64,000 nucleotides of DNA from Mobula hypostoma. Taxonomy: Eukaryota. The stretch lies in assembly GCF_963921235.1 (NCBI RefSeq), contig NC_086097.1, positions 42,224,001-42,288,000 of the forward strand, written 5' to 3'. Under the pieces are notes generated by a model. That model saw only the letters and a program-made list of their open reading frames with translations, was not told where the DNA came from and did not search any database. Positions 1 through 12,884 of the stretch are shown in pieces. The position numbers and the translations under genes were made by a program. Position 1 is the stretch's first letter; the number at the start of each line of letters is the position of its first letter.

Positions 1-1263
1 CCATTGCAATTTGCCTTTCGCCACAATAGGTTAATGGCAGAGGCAATCTCATTGGCTCTCCACACGGCTTTAGACCACCTGGACAACACAAACATCTACG
101 TCAGGATGCTGTTCATCGACTATAGCTTAGCATTTAATACCATCACTTCTACAATCCTGATTGAGAAGTTGCAGAACCTGGGCCTCTGTACCTCCCTCTG
201 TAATTAGATCCTCGACTTCCGAACTGGACAATCACAATTTGTGCGGATTGGTGATAACATATCCTCCTCGCTGATGATCAACACTGGTGCACCTCAGGGG
301 TGTGTGCTTAGCCCACTGCTCTACTCTCTATATACACATGACTGTGTGGCTAGGCAGAGCTCAAGTACCATTAATAAATTTGTTACTAGAATCTCAGATG
401 GCGACGAGAGGGCGTACAGGAGTGAGATATGCCAACTAGTGGAGTGGTGCCACAGCAACAATCTGGCACTCAAAGTCAGTAAGATGAAAGAGCTGATTAT
501 AGAAGTGTAAGGCGAAGGAACACATACCAATCCTCATAGAGGGATCAGAAGTGGAGAGAGTGAGCTGCTTCAAGTTCCTGGGTGGCAAGATCTCTGAGGA
601 TCTAACCTGGTCCCAACATATTGATACAGTTATAAAGAAGGTAAGACAACAGCTATACTTTATTAGGGGTTTGAAGAGATTTGACATGTCAACAAATACA
701 CTTAAAAACTTCTATAGTTGTACTGTGGAGAGCATTCTGACAGGCTGGTATGGAGGGGCTACTGCGCAGGACCAAAAGAAGCTGCAGAAGGTTGTAAATG
801 TAGTCAGCTCCATCTTGGGTACTGGCTTACAAAGTACCCAGGACATCTTCAGGGAGTGGTGTCTCAGAAAGGCAGCTATTGTTAATAAGGACCTCCAGCA
901 CCCAGGACATGCCCTTTTCTCACTGTTACCATCAGGTAGGAGGTTCAGGAGCCTGAAGGCACACACTCAGCGATTCAGGAACAGCTTCTTCCCCTCTGCC
1001 ATCTGAATCCTAAATGGATATTGAATCTTTGGACACTACCTCACTTTTTTTAATATACAGTATTTCTGTTTTTGCACATTTTTTAATCTATTCAATATAC
1101 ATAATTGATTTACTTGTCTATTTATTTTTTATTGTATTTATTATTGGTATTATTTTTTTTTCTCTGCTAGTTTATGTATTGCATTGAACTGCTGCTGCTA
1201 AGTTAACAAATTTCGCGTCACATGCCGGAGATAATAAACCTGATTCTGATTCTGATTCTGATT
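1..1263 (+). mobile_element. Rex1/Babar-type LINE, 3' portion (degraded RT and C-terminal domain) with (GATTCT)n tail
   Basis: ORF pieces [80 protein letters not shown] at 1233 followed by TGATTC repeats 1241-1263. Confidence 0.9.
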
Positions 1264-2995
1264 AAGCCCTTCTGCAGACTCGTTGCCTCCTCAACACTAC
1301 CCGCCCCTCCACCTAGCTTCATATCATCCACAACCTGGACACAAAGCCATCAATTCCATCATCCACATCATTGACAAACAATGTAAAAAGAATCAATCTC
1401 AACACAGACCCCTGTGGAACAACACTAGTCACCGGCAGCCAACCAGAAAAGGCTCATCTTATTCCCACTCTTTGCTTCCTGCCAATCAGCCAATGCTCTA
1501 TCCATGCTCGTATCGCTCCTGTAATACCAAGGGTTTTTATCTTGCTGAACAACCTCATGTATGGCACCTTATCAAAGGCCTTATCAAAATCCAAGTACAC
1601 AACATCCACCAATTCTCGTTTGTCTATCCTGCTTGTCATTTCCTCAACAAATTCCAACAGATTTGTCAGGCCAGATTTTCCCTTAAGGAAACCATGCTGA
1701 CTTTGACCAATTATATCATGTGCCTCCAAGTACCCCAAGACTTCACCCATAACAATTGACTTCAACATCTTCCCAACCACAGAAGTCAGACGAACTGGCC
1801 TATAATATATTTTCCTCTGCCTCCCTCCCTTCTTGAAGAGTGAAGTGATATTTGCAATGTTTCTGTCCTCAGGAACCATGTCAGAATCTACTGATTCTTG
1901 AAAGATCATTATTAATGCCTCCAAAATCTCTTCAGCTATCTCTTTCAGAACACTGGAGGGTAGTCCATCTGGTTCAGGCAACTTAACTAACTTCAGACCT
2001 TTCAGCTTCCCAACCACCTTCTCCCTAATAATAGCAACCACACCCACTTCTGCCCTATGACACTCTCAAACTTCCTGCATACTGCTAGTGTCTTCCATTG
2101 TGAAGATTGATGCCAAATACTTAGTCAGTATGTCTGTCATTTCCTCGTTCCCCATTACTACCACTCCCGTGTCATTTTTCAGCAGTCCATTATCTACTTT
2201 TGTTTCTGTTTTACTCTTTAAATACCTGAAAAAGAGACTTTTGGCATCCTTTTTTTCAATTTTTTAAATTAATTTCATAGAATGAAAACATAACAAGCAA
2301 AAATACTAGTAGGAGATACATTGTTACATTTAAAATGAGTAATTATAAAACCAAATAGTAAAAATCAACAAAGCTCCCAATTGTGCAGAATAATAAAGAA
2401 TAATACAAAGCAAAAAAAAACTGAAGAAAAATCATGAAAAAGAAAAGAAAAAGAAAAAAAACAAACCCCATCCCCCCAAAAAAAACTAAACAGAATTAGT
2501 CAACTAAACTAAAAGACTTGGGCAATACTAACAACTTGAAAATGGGAAAGAAGAAAACCTTAGTGTCGACGACTCCATTCCTCTCAAGGCATCCTGTTTG
2601 ATATTATTAGCTAGCTTACCATATTTCATCTTCTCCCTCCTTGTGTCTTTTTTAGTTGCCTTCTGTTGTTTTTTTAAAAGCTTCCCAATCCTCTAACTTC
2701 CCACTAATTTTTGCTCTATTATACACCCCTCTCTTTTGTTTTATGTTGGCTTAGACTTCCCTTGTCAGCCCTGCCCTTAGAATATTTCTTCTCTTTAGGA
2801 TGTATCTACCCGGTCCCTTCCGAATTGCTCCCAGAAACTCCAGTCATTGCCGCTCAGCCATTATCCTTGCTAGTGTCCCCTTCCAACCTTCATTGGCCAG
2901 CTGCTCTTTCATGCCTCTGTAATTTCCTTTACTCCACTGCGATGTTGATACATTTGACCCTCTCCCTCTCAAATTGCAGGATGAATTCCATCATA
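1264..2995 (-). mobile_element. CR1-clade LINE fragment (RT region), interrupted at 2251-2587
   Basis: ORF 1454-2047: YRPVRLTSVVGK, QSQHGFLKGKS, VDVVYLDFDKAFDKVP; CR1-like sequence resumes after 2595. Confidence 0.85.
2251..2587 (-). mobile_element. 5'-truncated poly(A)-tailed retroelement 3' end (L1-like)
   Basis: 8-bp direct repeat GGCATCCT at 2243-2250 and 2588-2595; T-run at the left end (poly-A on minus strand); A-rich non-coding body. Confidence 0.6.
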
Positions 2996-3220
2996 TCAGA
3001 TCAGAATCAAATCAGGTTTATTATCACCGACAAGTGTCGTGTAATTTGTTAATTTAGCAGCCACTGTACAATGCAGTACATGATCATATAGAAAGAAAAA
3101 AATAAGTAAATCAATTACACCAAGTATATATGTGTATTAAATTAATTAAATAGTGCAAAACAGAAATAATAAATATTTTTTAACAAGTGAGGTAGTGTTC
3201 ATGGGTTCAATGACCATTCA
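2996..3220 (-). mobile_element. Rex1-type LINE 3' UTR/tail fragment
   Basis: Begins TCAGATCAGAATCAAATCAGGTTTATTATCAC, the reverse complement of the tail seen at 1225-1263. Confidence 0.7.
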
Positions 3221-4255
3221 GTGCTCCTCTCCTCTAGAAAACTTATGCTGTGTCATCTTAAGGCAGGAATTTAATTGGAACAACAACGTGGATAGCGATG
3301 GAAGGGTAATGCATGCTAATAGTTGCCCATTCAGAGAACAATAGCAAACCATCAGATGTTTGCAGACTGCCAATTTCAACCTGCAAAATCAACAGCAGTG
3401 AGGTCATTAGTCATTCTGTAGAGGAGAACAGTACTATTTAAATGCGTGTTTTCCAGCAACAGCCATTAACAATTTGGATTCCAATCACTTTTCCTCTTCA
3501 CAAATTCTTTTGATGCATGAAAATAAACCCCTCAACATGACACATTCATAAGGTCTTTTCAAAAGTACTTGTTTTTCATTTAACTAGTGGACTATCTACC
3601 TGTCTGCCACTTGCTCAGTAGGTTTACATTAGTAATTTTGCAATATAGATAACTCCCTTGCTCATTGAGTACAATTCTAATTTCCCAAGACAAAATTACA
3701 AAAAAGAATTATCTGTGATTTCTATGAGTCAATTTGAATAGTGTTTCTTTCTGCTCCCTAATCTTTGGTACCACAAGGCGATAACAAGATACTTTGCAAA
3801 TTAGAACACTGAATTTCCATGAATAGCTAATTAAAATGCAAATGCTGCTAATGTAGGATAGACAAGTCAAATCAAGGTAACACATTTCATGCTTATTGAA
3901 ACAAAGGCTTGCGTTCATATAACCCCAGGTCATTCAACCAGTGAACAGTGAAGTTCTTTTGAAGAGCTTCCATTGCTGTAATATTGGATGTGTTGCAGCT
4001 AATATGCAAACACACTTTATAGCAATGTGCTAATGGCCAGATAGCTTGTTCTGACAATACTTACTGGGAAGTAAATATTGGCCAGAACATTGGGAGATAA
4101 ATTCCATGCTCTAATATTATAAAATGTCAGGGGGAGAGTTTAGAGGAGATGTCAGGGTTGTGTTTTTTAAACAGAGAATGATACGTACAGTACCTAGAAC
4201 ATTGTGGTAGGAGTGGTAGTAGAGGCTGATACAATAGGGGCATTTAAGGGGCTCT

Positions 4256-5222
4256 TAGAATCAGAATCAGTTTAATATCACTGGCATATGCTGTAAAATT
4301 TGTTGTGTTATGGCAGCAGTACAGTGCAATACATAATCTATAAATTACAATAAGAATATATATGGTTTATTAGTATGTGAGGTACTCCATTGGTCTAGGC
4401 TGACCATGGATGTTGCATCATAGCTGGCTACATGATGCACAAGCCAGCGAAGTATGATATGGAGGGCAAACCGTTTGTCCATGCAGTAGGCTCTCCATCT
4501 CCACACAGCTGAGGAATCCAAAGGAACAGCAGCGACCAATACAGTTTAGCACCAGCAGTATTGCAGGAGTCGCTAGTCAGTGTTGAACTCAGTGTAGGAC
4601 TGCTTTAGGGACTCCAGCTCTGGATTTCCCTTGGCGTTGACTCCTGAAGCCTCCCCCATTAATGGGTATAGCCTCAAGGCAGTGAAGGTTTGAGATGAAG
4701 GTTTTCCTTCTCCTGGGTGATCTGCCAACAATGGTTGACCTATCTGCCCGAAGCAACTGGTTTTAAGACACTAGCAATAGACTGTTTCTAAAATGTTAAG
4801 CTGTGTCTTCAGGCTTCTGTACCTCCTCCTGGATAGCAGCAATGAGAAGAAGGCATGCTGTGGGCGATGGTGGTCCATAATGATGGATGTAGCCTATTTG
4901 AGACATTTCCTTTTGAAGATGTCCTTGATGCAGTGCATTCGACTCTGCTGTGCATTCTTTGTAACTGCATCAATATGTTAGGCCTAGGGTAGAACTTCAG
5001 AGATGTTGACATACAAGAACGAGAAACTGCTCACCCTTTCCAATGCTGATCCCTCAACAAGGACTGGTGTTTGTTGCCTCAACTTCCTTTTCCTGAAGTC
5101 CACAATCAATTCCTTGGTTTTACTGATACCGAACACAAGGTTGTTGCTGCAACAACATTCAACCAGCTAATCTATCTCACTCCTATACGTCTCCTCATCA
5201 CCATCTGAAATTCTGCTAACCA
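4256..5222 (-). mobile_element. Rex1-type LINE fragments (tail 4256-4380, body 4790-5222) with an unclassified repeat between
   Basis: AGAATCAGAATCAG tail; body resembles the reverse complement of 380-960. Confidence 0.65.
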
Positions 5223-5225
5223 ATT

Positions 5226-6975
5226 CCAAAGTTCAAAGAAAATTTATTATCAAATTATGTATACGTTATGTATATATAACCCAGAGATTCATTTTTGCAG
5301 GCATATTCAATAAATCCATAATATAATAACAACCATGAGGTTATCAATGAAAGACCACACTAGCTCGGGCATTCAACCACTATACAAAAGACAACAAATT
5401 GTGCAAATACAAAAAGGAAGAAACAATAATAATAAATAAATAAGCAATAAATATTGAGAACATGAGATAAAGAGTCCTTGAAAGTGAGTCCATAAATTGT
5501 GGGAATATTTCAATGATGGGGCAAGTAAAGTTGAATCCTGAGGCTCCTATACCTTCTTCCTGATTTAACAGTGAGAAGGGAGCATGACCTGGGTGGTGGG
5601 ATCACTGATGATAGATTCTGCTTTTCTGTAACTATGCTCTATGTAGATGTGCTCAATGGTGGGTGGGGGGGGGCTTTACCCCTGATTGTCTGGGTTGTAT
5701 CCGCTACTTATTGTAAGATTTTTCATTCAAGAGCTTTTCATAGCAGCCTGTGATGCAGCCAGTCAATATACTCTCCACTACACAACTTTAGAAGTTTGTC
5801 AAAGTTTTAGATGTCATACTGACTCTTTGTAAACTCCAAAGGAAATAGAGACACGGCTATGCTTAGATTAAATTAGATTAGATTAGATTAGATTATGAGG
5901 ACATGCAGTCCTCTTTTATTGTCATTTAGTAATGCATGCATTAAGAAATGATACAATTTGTTCCCCCAGAATGATATCACAGAAACACAAGACAAACCAA
6001 GACTAAAAAACACTGACCGAAACCACTTAATTATGAAATATAGTTACAACAGTGCAAAGCAATACCGTAATTTGATGAAGAACAGACCATGGGCATGGTA
6101 AAAAAAAGTCTCAAAGTCTCTCGAAAGTCCCATCATCTCATGCAGACGGTTGAAGGGAGAAACTCTCCCTGCCATGAGCTTCCAGTGCCGCAAACTTGCC
6201 AATGCAGCATCCTGGAAGCATCCGACCACTGTCCCACTCTGAGTCCATCTAAAAATTTCGAGCCTCTGATCAGCCCTCCAACACCAACCACCGAGCACCA
6301 TCTCTGCCGCGCACTTCGATCCCGGCCCTGGCAACAGGCAATAGACAAAGCCGAGGATTTGGGGCCTTCCCCTGTGGAGATTCTCGATCACACAGTAGCA
6401 GCAGCAGCAAAGCAGGCATTTCAGAAGCTTCACCAGATGTTCCTCCATGCTTCTCACGTCCATCTCCATCAATCAGGATTATGCACGGCCCCTACTTAAC
6501 AAATACGATATCAATTCGGAGTGGCCGGGCGCATTGCATCACGCCACCATCTTCTCCTCTCCTCCCAATTATGCTTTCTTCATAATTGCTAGTCTTCCGA
6601 AATGATAACTCAGAGGAATTTAAATTAGCTGATCCTCTATTGAAGACTGCCTCATAGACCTCAGTTTCCTCCTCCTGAAGTCAATAATCAGCTACATTAA
6701 GTAAGAGGTTGTTGTTGTGACACCATTCAGTCAGACATTCAATCTCCCTCCTATATTCTGATACGTCACCACTTTTGATTCAGCCTACAACAGTGGTGTC
6801 ATCAACAAACTTAAAAATGGCATTGGAGCTGTGCTTAGCCACATAATCGTAAGTAGAGTGGGAGCTATGCACACAGCCTTGTGCACTTGTGGTGATAGTG
6901 ATTGTGGAGGAGACGTTGTTTTCAATCCAAACTGACTGGTATCTGCAGGTGAGGAAATTGAAGATTCAATTGCAC
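5226..6975 (-). mobile_element. Rex1-type LINE, (TTTGAAC)n-tail subfamily, interrupted at 5865-6569
   Basis: CAAAGTTCAAAG tail at 5227; RT-region sequence (TGGTGTCATCAACAAACTT, a decayed FADD region on the minus strand) near 6795. Confidence 0.7.
5865..6569 (-). mobile_element. Apparently complete non-autonomous, non-coding retroelement with (TCTAA)n tail
   Basis: 7-bp direct repeat TATGCTT at 5858-5864 and 6570-6576; (TTAGA)n at the left end; minus-strand 5' end GGGAGGAGAGGAGAAGATGGTGGCG; no RT motifs. Confidence 0.65.
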
Positions 6976-7384
6976 AATAGTAGAGCTACTAGGACTTGAT
7001 GTTTCAATCCCTATGGTAAGTTGCCACTCTCGATGTTGGCAGTGGGCTTGGAGTGGTGACAAGGAGGGAGGGTAGGTATGTCATCGGGGTCATCAGGTGG
7101 GCACCCTCCTTCTTTGACGTTTTGAAGATAAGCCCACGACGTCTCCAGAGGGTTCAACGGTGCTACCTGGCATCCCAGATACACCCCCTTCAGTTCCATA
7201 CCCTCCTGTCTTCATCTTGCAACCCAGTTGTTGTCTTTCCTTTTAATCCAAATCCAGGAGATAGCGAGACCAAGGTCTTGAAGCTTATTGATTTGTTTTA
7301 CTTTCAGGTGACAAATACAAGAAAAACAGTGTTACCCTGATATTCAGTCTTTATATTTTATTATACTGTTGGGTTAAATCATTA

Positions 7385-8180
7385 AAGATTCAAATCACAT
7401 TTATTAATCAATCTTGTGTGCAGTATACAACCCTAAAACTTGTCTTCCCAGCCAGCCATGGAACAAAGAAAAACCATAGAACCCGTTCAACGTCATTCAC
7501 CCAACGCACAAAAAAAGAGAACAAATCATACAAATGGCAAAAAAAGAGCAAAAAGTACAAAATATAAAACATCATAACCACAGAGTCATTGAAACAGTCT
7601 AGGTATGTTCAGGTTAGTTCTGTTCAGTTCAATTCGATGCTGTGACATTCATTGACTGCAGGTCGCACAGCCAGTCTGCCCTGATCAAAATCACACAAAA
7701 TAACAATTAAAAAAAGGACTAATCAGAAACACATCATGATATGAACTACAGAGTCCAATCCACAAACTGTATCGATTGAAACTTGCCCAAGATCCTCGTC
7801 TCCGCAGCATCGAGGGAGAGAGAGAGAGGGGGAGAGGGGGAGAGGGGGAAGAGGGGGGAGAGGGGGGAGAGGAGGGAGAGGAGGGAGAGGAGGGAGAGGA
7901 GGGAGAGGAGGGAGAGGAGGGAGAGGAGGGAGAGAGACCAGTCGCATGCTGGCACCTTCTTGCAGCAGTGGGGGGGAGAGGGGGAGAGAGAGGGGGAGAG
8001 AGAGGGGGAGAGAGAGGGGGAGAGAGAGGGGGAGAGAGAGGGGGAGAGAGAGGGGGAGAGAGGGGGAGGGGGAGAGACCGATGAAACACAGGCAGACGAC
8101 ACTAAACAACCACATGCATTCTACTCTCGTCCTAGAAACCAGCACTAACATCAGATCAGAAGTCACCAAAGTAAACGCAG
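7385..8180 (-). mobile_element. Non-coding Rex1-tailed repeat containing an expanded purine microsatellite
   Basis: Left end AAGATTCAAA..ATTTATT..CAGTATACAACCCT..TGTCTTC..CAGCCATGGAACAAAGAAAA is shared with 40403-40600. Confidence 0.5.
7813..8077. repeat. Polypurine tandem repeats (GGGAGAGGA)n and (GGGGAGAGAGAG)n
   Basis: Directly visible; two purine-only tracts separated by a ~30-bp spacer near 7938-7968. Confidence 0.95.
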
Positions 8181-8319
8181 AACATGTATGCTTTAAAAAA
8201 GTTGTTAACATTAGGTCATAGATTGAGTGGTCTGTGACCTGCAGTTATGAATCCACAGAGCTGGTATTATTGTATATTCACCATCACAATCAATATGCTC
8301 AGGAGGCAATTGGCATATA

Positions 8320-9390
8320 ATTGAATCGAATTTATTTAAATCTTACGTCCGTGCCACAACATGAGGGAGTAATAATCCTTGTGTTATTACTCTGTCACAA
8401 TGTACAAACATGTGAATTTATAAGTCTAATGGCCTGTGGGAAGAACTGTCCCGTAGCTTGTTGGTCTTGGCTTTAATGCTGTGGTACCATTTGCCTGACT
8501 GAAGCAGTTTATGATTTGGGTGACTGGTGTCCCCAATGATCTTCCAGGCCTTCTTTACACACCTGCTGCTGTAAATGTCCTCAATGGAGGGAAGTCCACA
8601 TCCACAGATGTGCTGGGCTGTCCGTACCACTCTCTGCAGTGCCCAGCGATCAAGGTTGGTGCAGATCCTGTACCAGACAGTCAGCATGTTCTCAGTGGTG
8701 CTCCTGTAGAAGGTCGTGAGGATTTGGTTGCACATGTCGAACTTCTTCAGTCGCCTGAGGTGGAAGAGACACTGTTGTGCTTTTTTACCACACAAACGGT
8801 GTGTACAGTCCAGCTGAGATCTTCGGCGATGTGCATACCGAGGAACTTGAAACTACTCACCCTCTCAACTGCAGTCCCATTGATGTTGATTGGGGCAAGC
8901 CTGTCTCTGTTCCTCCTGTAATCCACAATCAGCTTTTTTGTTTGTTGGATATTAGGGAGGTTGTTATCTTGGCACCACTGTGTCAGGGTGTTAACCTCTC
9001 CTCTGTAGGCTGTGTTGTGTCATCTGCGAATTTGATCAGCAGGTTGGAGCTGTGTGTGGCACTACAGTTGTAGGTGTAAAGGGAGTAGAGGAGGGGACTC
9101 AGGACACAACACGGGGGGGGGCTCCTGTGTTGAGGTGACAGGGGTAGAGGTGAGGGAGCCCATGCTTACCACCTGTCGGCGATCCAGTAGGAAGTCTAGG
9201 ATCCAGCTGCACAAGGTGGGGTGCAGCCGAGATTGCTGAGCTTCCTGTCAAATCTGAAGGGAATTATGGTGTTGAATGCTAAACTGTAGTCTAGGAACAG
9301 CATTCTAATGTCTGCATCCCTCTTCTCCAGGTGAGTGAGGATGGTGTGTAGTGCTGTGGTGATGGTATCATCGGCAGACTGGTTCCACCG
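8320..9390 (-). mobile_element. Rex1/Babar LINE 3' part, (AATTC)n-tail subfamily
   Basis: ORF 8418-8795 KKAQQCLFHLRRLKKF...LQRVVRTAQHICG...SHPNHKLL; closely resembles 25370-25915 and 29418-29948. Confidence 0.85.
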
Positions 9391-10648
9391 GTTTCTGTGC
9401 TTAAAACTGAAACAGAATTATTTAATTTTGTCACGGCACAAATATTTGAATTAGTACATTTATACATTGTACCTATATAGGCTGTTGTCATATACCATAC
9501 AGATTCTTATGCAGAAGTGATGTAGTATATTGTCACAGTGCATGTGTTTACATGTACCTGATTAAATTAACCCGACCCCTGTTAAATGCAACTTCCTACA
9601 GGGGTAATGCAAGTACAATGGACAATCGAAATCCTCACATAGACAGAATTTTGCAGATCTTCTTCACTACTTACACTAGTCTCGGCAAAGCTAGTGTGTT
9701 GTGTCATTTCTAGTTTAAGTTGCACAGAATAAATGTGGTTACCCATCTGGCAATACATTCAGGCTGCCCTCACTGATGAAATGGGTTTCTTTCTCTCTTT
9801 ACTGTCTGTGGTTTCTACTTTCCTCACAAGCGCACATAAGTACACTATTTCATTAGTGCCACCAGACTTGGCAGCCATTGCTGAACTAAGCCCTCATTTG
9901 TGGTTACACTGATATTGAGCTTAGTGCTACCTTGCAGGCTGCTGATTTCTTTTAGCGCTCTTGGTCCTCCAGTCCAAATACACACAGATACCTAATCTCC
10001 TCTACAGGCAGTCACTGGCTAATGTAAGAGCTCCATTTAGGGAAATGTCCTTAAGCCAAATCCCCCATAAATCAGAAATGCCCATTTTCTATGGCAACTC
10101 ATTTTACATACATTGTTATCACTGTACTTTTCATTTTATTAAATAGTCTAACGCTACCCATAATCAAATTAATAGAATAGATACCATGTCCAGTCATAAA
10201 TGAGAACCATGAAACACTATTATTATTATTATTGCTAGCTTGAACAATAGCATTAAAAAGTCTGGGAGAATTTGATTAGAGTCGCATTTCAGTAAATCAG
10301 ATCATTTCTAATTCGGGCTGCCCCTGCACTGTAAATTAGACATCCTTTCTATCTGTGCACTGCTGCGCTGAAGCAAGCCTTCTCACTGCCAGCCATTATG
10401 CCCTTCCCAGAGCTAGATACTGGAATCCCTGTCCTCCACTGTTATTTCTGCTAGCAATGAATGGCACGCAGCTCAGTGTGGTGAGGCTGCCAGTGAAGGC
10501 TGCTGTTGGCTAGGCTGAATGGTGTTGGGTCTCAACACCAACGTGTGGGACTGCGGGCTGCATCTTGGTTAGCATGGTGAGTATGGTGTCTGCATCAGTT
10601 GCTCCATGCATTGACAGACCTGTCAAAAGCTACAATCTCACTCATCGT

Positions 10649-10876
10649 TGTAGTGTATTTAATATTTAGTAATATTTGAGTAATATTGTAAGTATACTGT
10701 TTTATTAAGCATTGATTGTTTACATAATTCATTACTGGTTATATGTAGGAAGTACGTGAATCATTGCACCAGCACATTATATTTGAGAACTTCACTGAAA
10801 TACAACTAGGTACACGAGTATCCTTGGGCTCCCATGCTTTTCTTTTGAGGTGTTTCTGGAGTTACGAAACATAACA
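10649..10876. mobile_element. Possible short solo LTR
   Basis: TG...CA termini (TGTAGTGT...ACATAACA) with imperfect inverted ends; no TSD found. Confidence 0.4.
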
Positions 10877-12549
10877 GCCACCTCATGAGGAATGTAATGG
10901 AAGCACCTGCCGCCCCCTCTTTTTCTTCGCCTCCACAGCTCTCTCTAGCCCAGTGAAGAGGAACAGTATCTTCCGTTACAACTGGTGAAGAAGGAGACAG
11001 TGGGACTCGGGCAGCAGGTACAACCAGTGTTCAGGAATGGAGCAGGTGAGTCCAGGTTCTGGTAGAGTCGCCCTGTCAGTAATATGTCTCTTCCTATTAA
11101 TCCAATGCTGTAATAATCCCTTTGGGAGAGATTCCATTCATGCTCTCCATTTTGAGAACTAGCTGAAGTGCCAAAGAATGTCATATATATCAATGAAAGA
11201 ATACTATCATCATTCCAACTGACACATTAGAATGTTTAATCCAGAAATATTTTGGAAAAATTGTGCTAAAGTTAACAGAGGAGATCATTAGCACCTGGCT
11301 TTGCCCTCTATCTGATTTACACCCAAAATCACATCTCTACTCATTTCTGAGAAATCTCCCTTTCTGCCCCTTCATATTTTGATTGGTGATTCAGAAATAT
11401 ATTTTTAAGATGAAGGCTGATGTATATATCATAATAAGCTGGGATGGCAAAAAGCTGCATTTCCACTGCCAATTACACTGGATGCTCAGTTGTGACTATT
11501 TGTGCTTTCGTGAGCAGTCATTATACAATTCTGAAATGATTAATTTTCAATAACAGAAATGAATTAAACATCTTCTGTACCTGACTTTACAACCATGCCC
11601 TACATATAATGGGTGTAATTGCAGTTTAAACAAATATTAATATTACAATGAATTTAGATTAAAATAGTAAAATCAATCAGACCTTCCTGGGAAGCTTCTT
11701 CAAGGTTTAAAATGTTTCCTTTAAATGCTTCCAAACATAAAATAATCAGAATCAGAATCACCAGCATTTGTTGTGAAATTTATTGTTTTGCTACAGTGGT
11801 ACATTGTAATACATAATATTTTAAAAAACTATAAATTACAGCAAGAAGTCCGATCACTTGGCTGTCCTTCTTCCTGCATACAGGCAGAGGCTAAAGGGCA
11901 AGGCTCCAGAGATGAGAACAATAAAGGGGTGGTTGCGGGAGGGTGAGGAGTGGTTACAGGATTGCTCTGTCAGTGGGCTGTGTCATGTTCAAAACTCATC
12001 TGTGGATCTCAATGAATACATCATGGTTCTCACAGACTTTATTAAAACAGTTGTAGACAAGTGTGACCCCACAAACTCACTCAGAGTCTTCCGCAACCAG
12101 AAGTCCTGGATGAACCATGAGATCTGCAACCTGCTGAGGGCCAGATCAGAGACATTCAAGTCTTGGGACCAAGAACGTCACGAGATGTCCGGGTACGACC
12201 TTCGGAAAGCCATCTGATGGGCAAAGTAGCAATTCTGGAGTAAATTTCGATCAACGAAGGATGCTCAACAGTTGTGACAGGGCTTGAATGCTATCACCTC
12301 CTATAAAGTAAAATCAAGCAACATAGGCAACAACAGGGCTTTGCTTTCAAATAAGGTCAATACCTTATATACTCGCTTTGACTGTCAAAACATGGAGGTT
12401 CACTGAAATCCTTATCCTCTCACTTCTGCAATCTGAAATACTCATCTGCTTCAAACAGACTTCACTTTTACCAATGACTAAGAAGAACGTGGTAACTTGT
12501 CCCAATGACTACCATCCAATAGCACTTACATCTACAGTGATGAAGTATT

Positions 12550-12884
12550 TTAAGACCATAAGACCATAAGGTATTGGAGCAGAAGTAGGCCATTCGGCCC
12601 ATCAAGTATGCTCCACCATTCAATCATGGGCTGATCCAATTCTTCCAGTCATTCCTACTCGCCTGCCTTCTCCCCGTACCCTTTGACGCCCTGGCTAATC
12701 AAGAACCTGTCTATCTCAGCCTTAAATGCATCCAGTGACTTGGTCTCCACAGCCGCTCGTGGCAACAAATTCCACAGATTTACCACCCTCTGACTAAAGT
12801 AATTTCTCCAAATCTCAGGTTCTAAATGGACGTCCTTCAATCCTGAGGTCATGCCCTCTTGTCCTAGACTCCCCTGCCATGGGA
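12550..12884 (-). mobile_element. CR1 LINE 3' end with (CTTATGGT)n tail
   Basis: TAAGACCATAAGACCATAAG; translation SRTRGH / RNYFSQRVVNLWNLLP / FKAEIDRFL. Confidence 0.85.

Noticed and set aside
6044..6499. 136-142 aa ORFs on both strands
   Set aside because: Lie inside a TSD-flanked repeat, have no recognisable domain, and are open on both strands, as expected for GC-rich non-coding DNA
7691..8221. Six overlapping ORFs with collagen-like GEE/GER, Pro/Ser-rich or RE-rich translations
   Set aside because: All arise from a stop-free purine microsatellite with unit lengths divisible by 3; no evidence of a real protein
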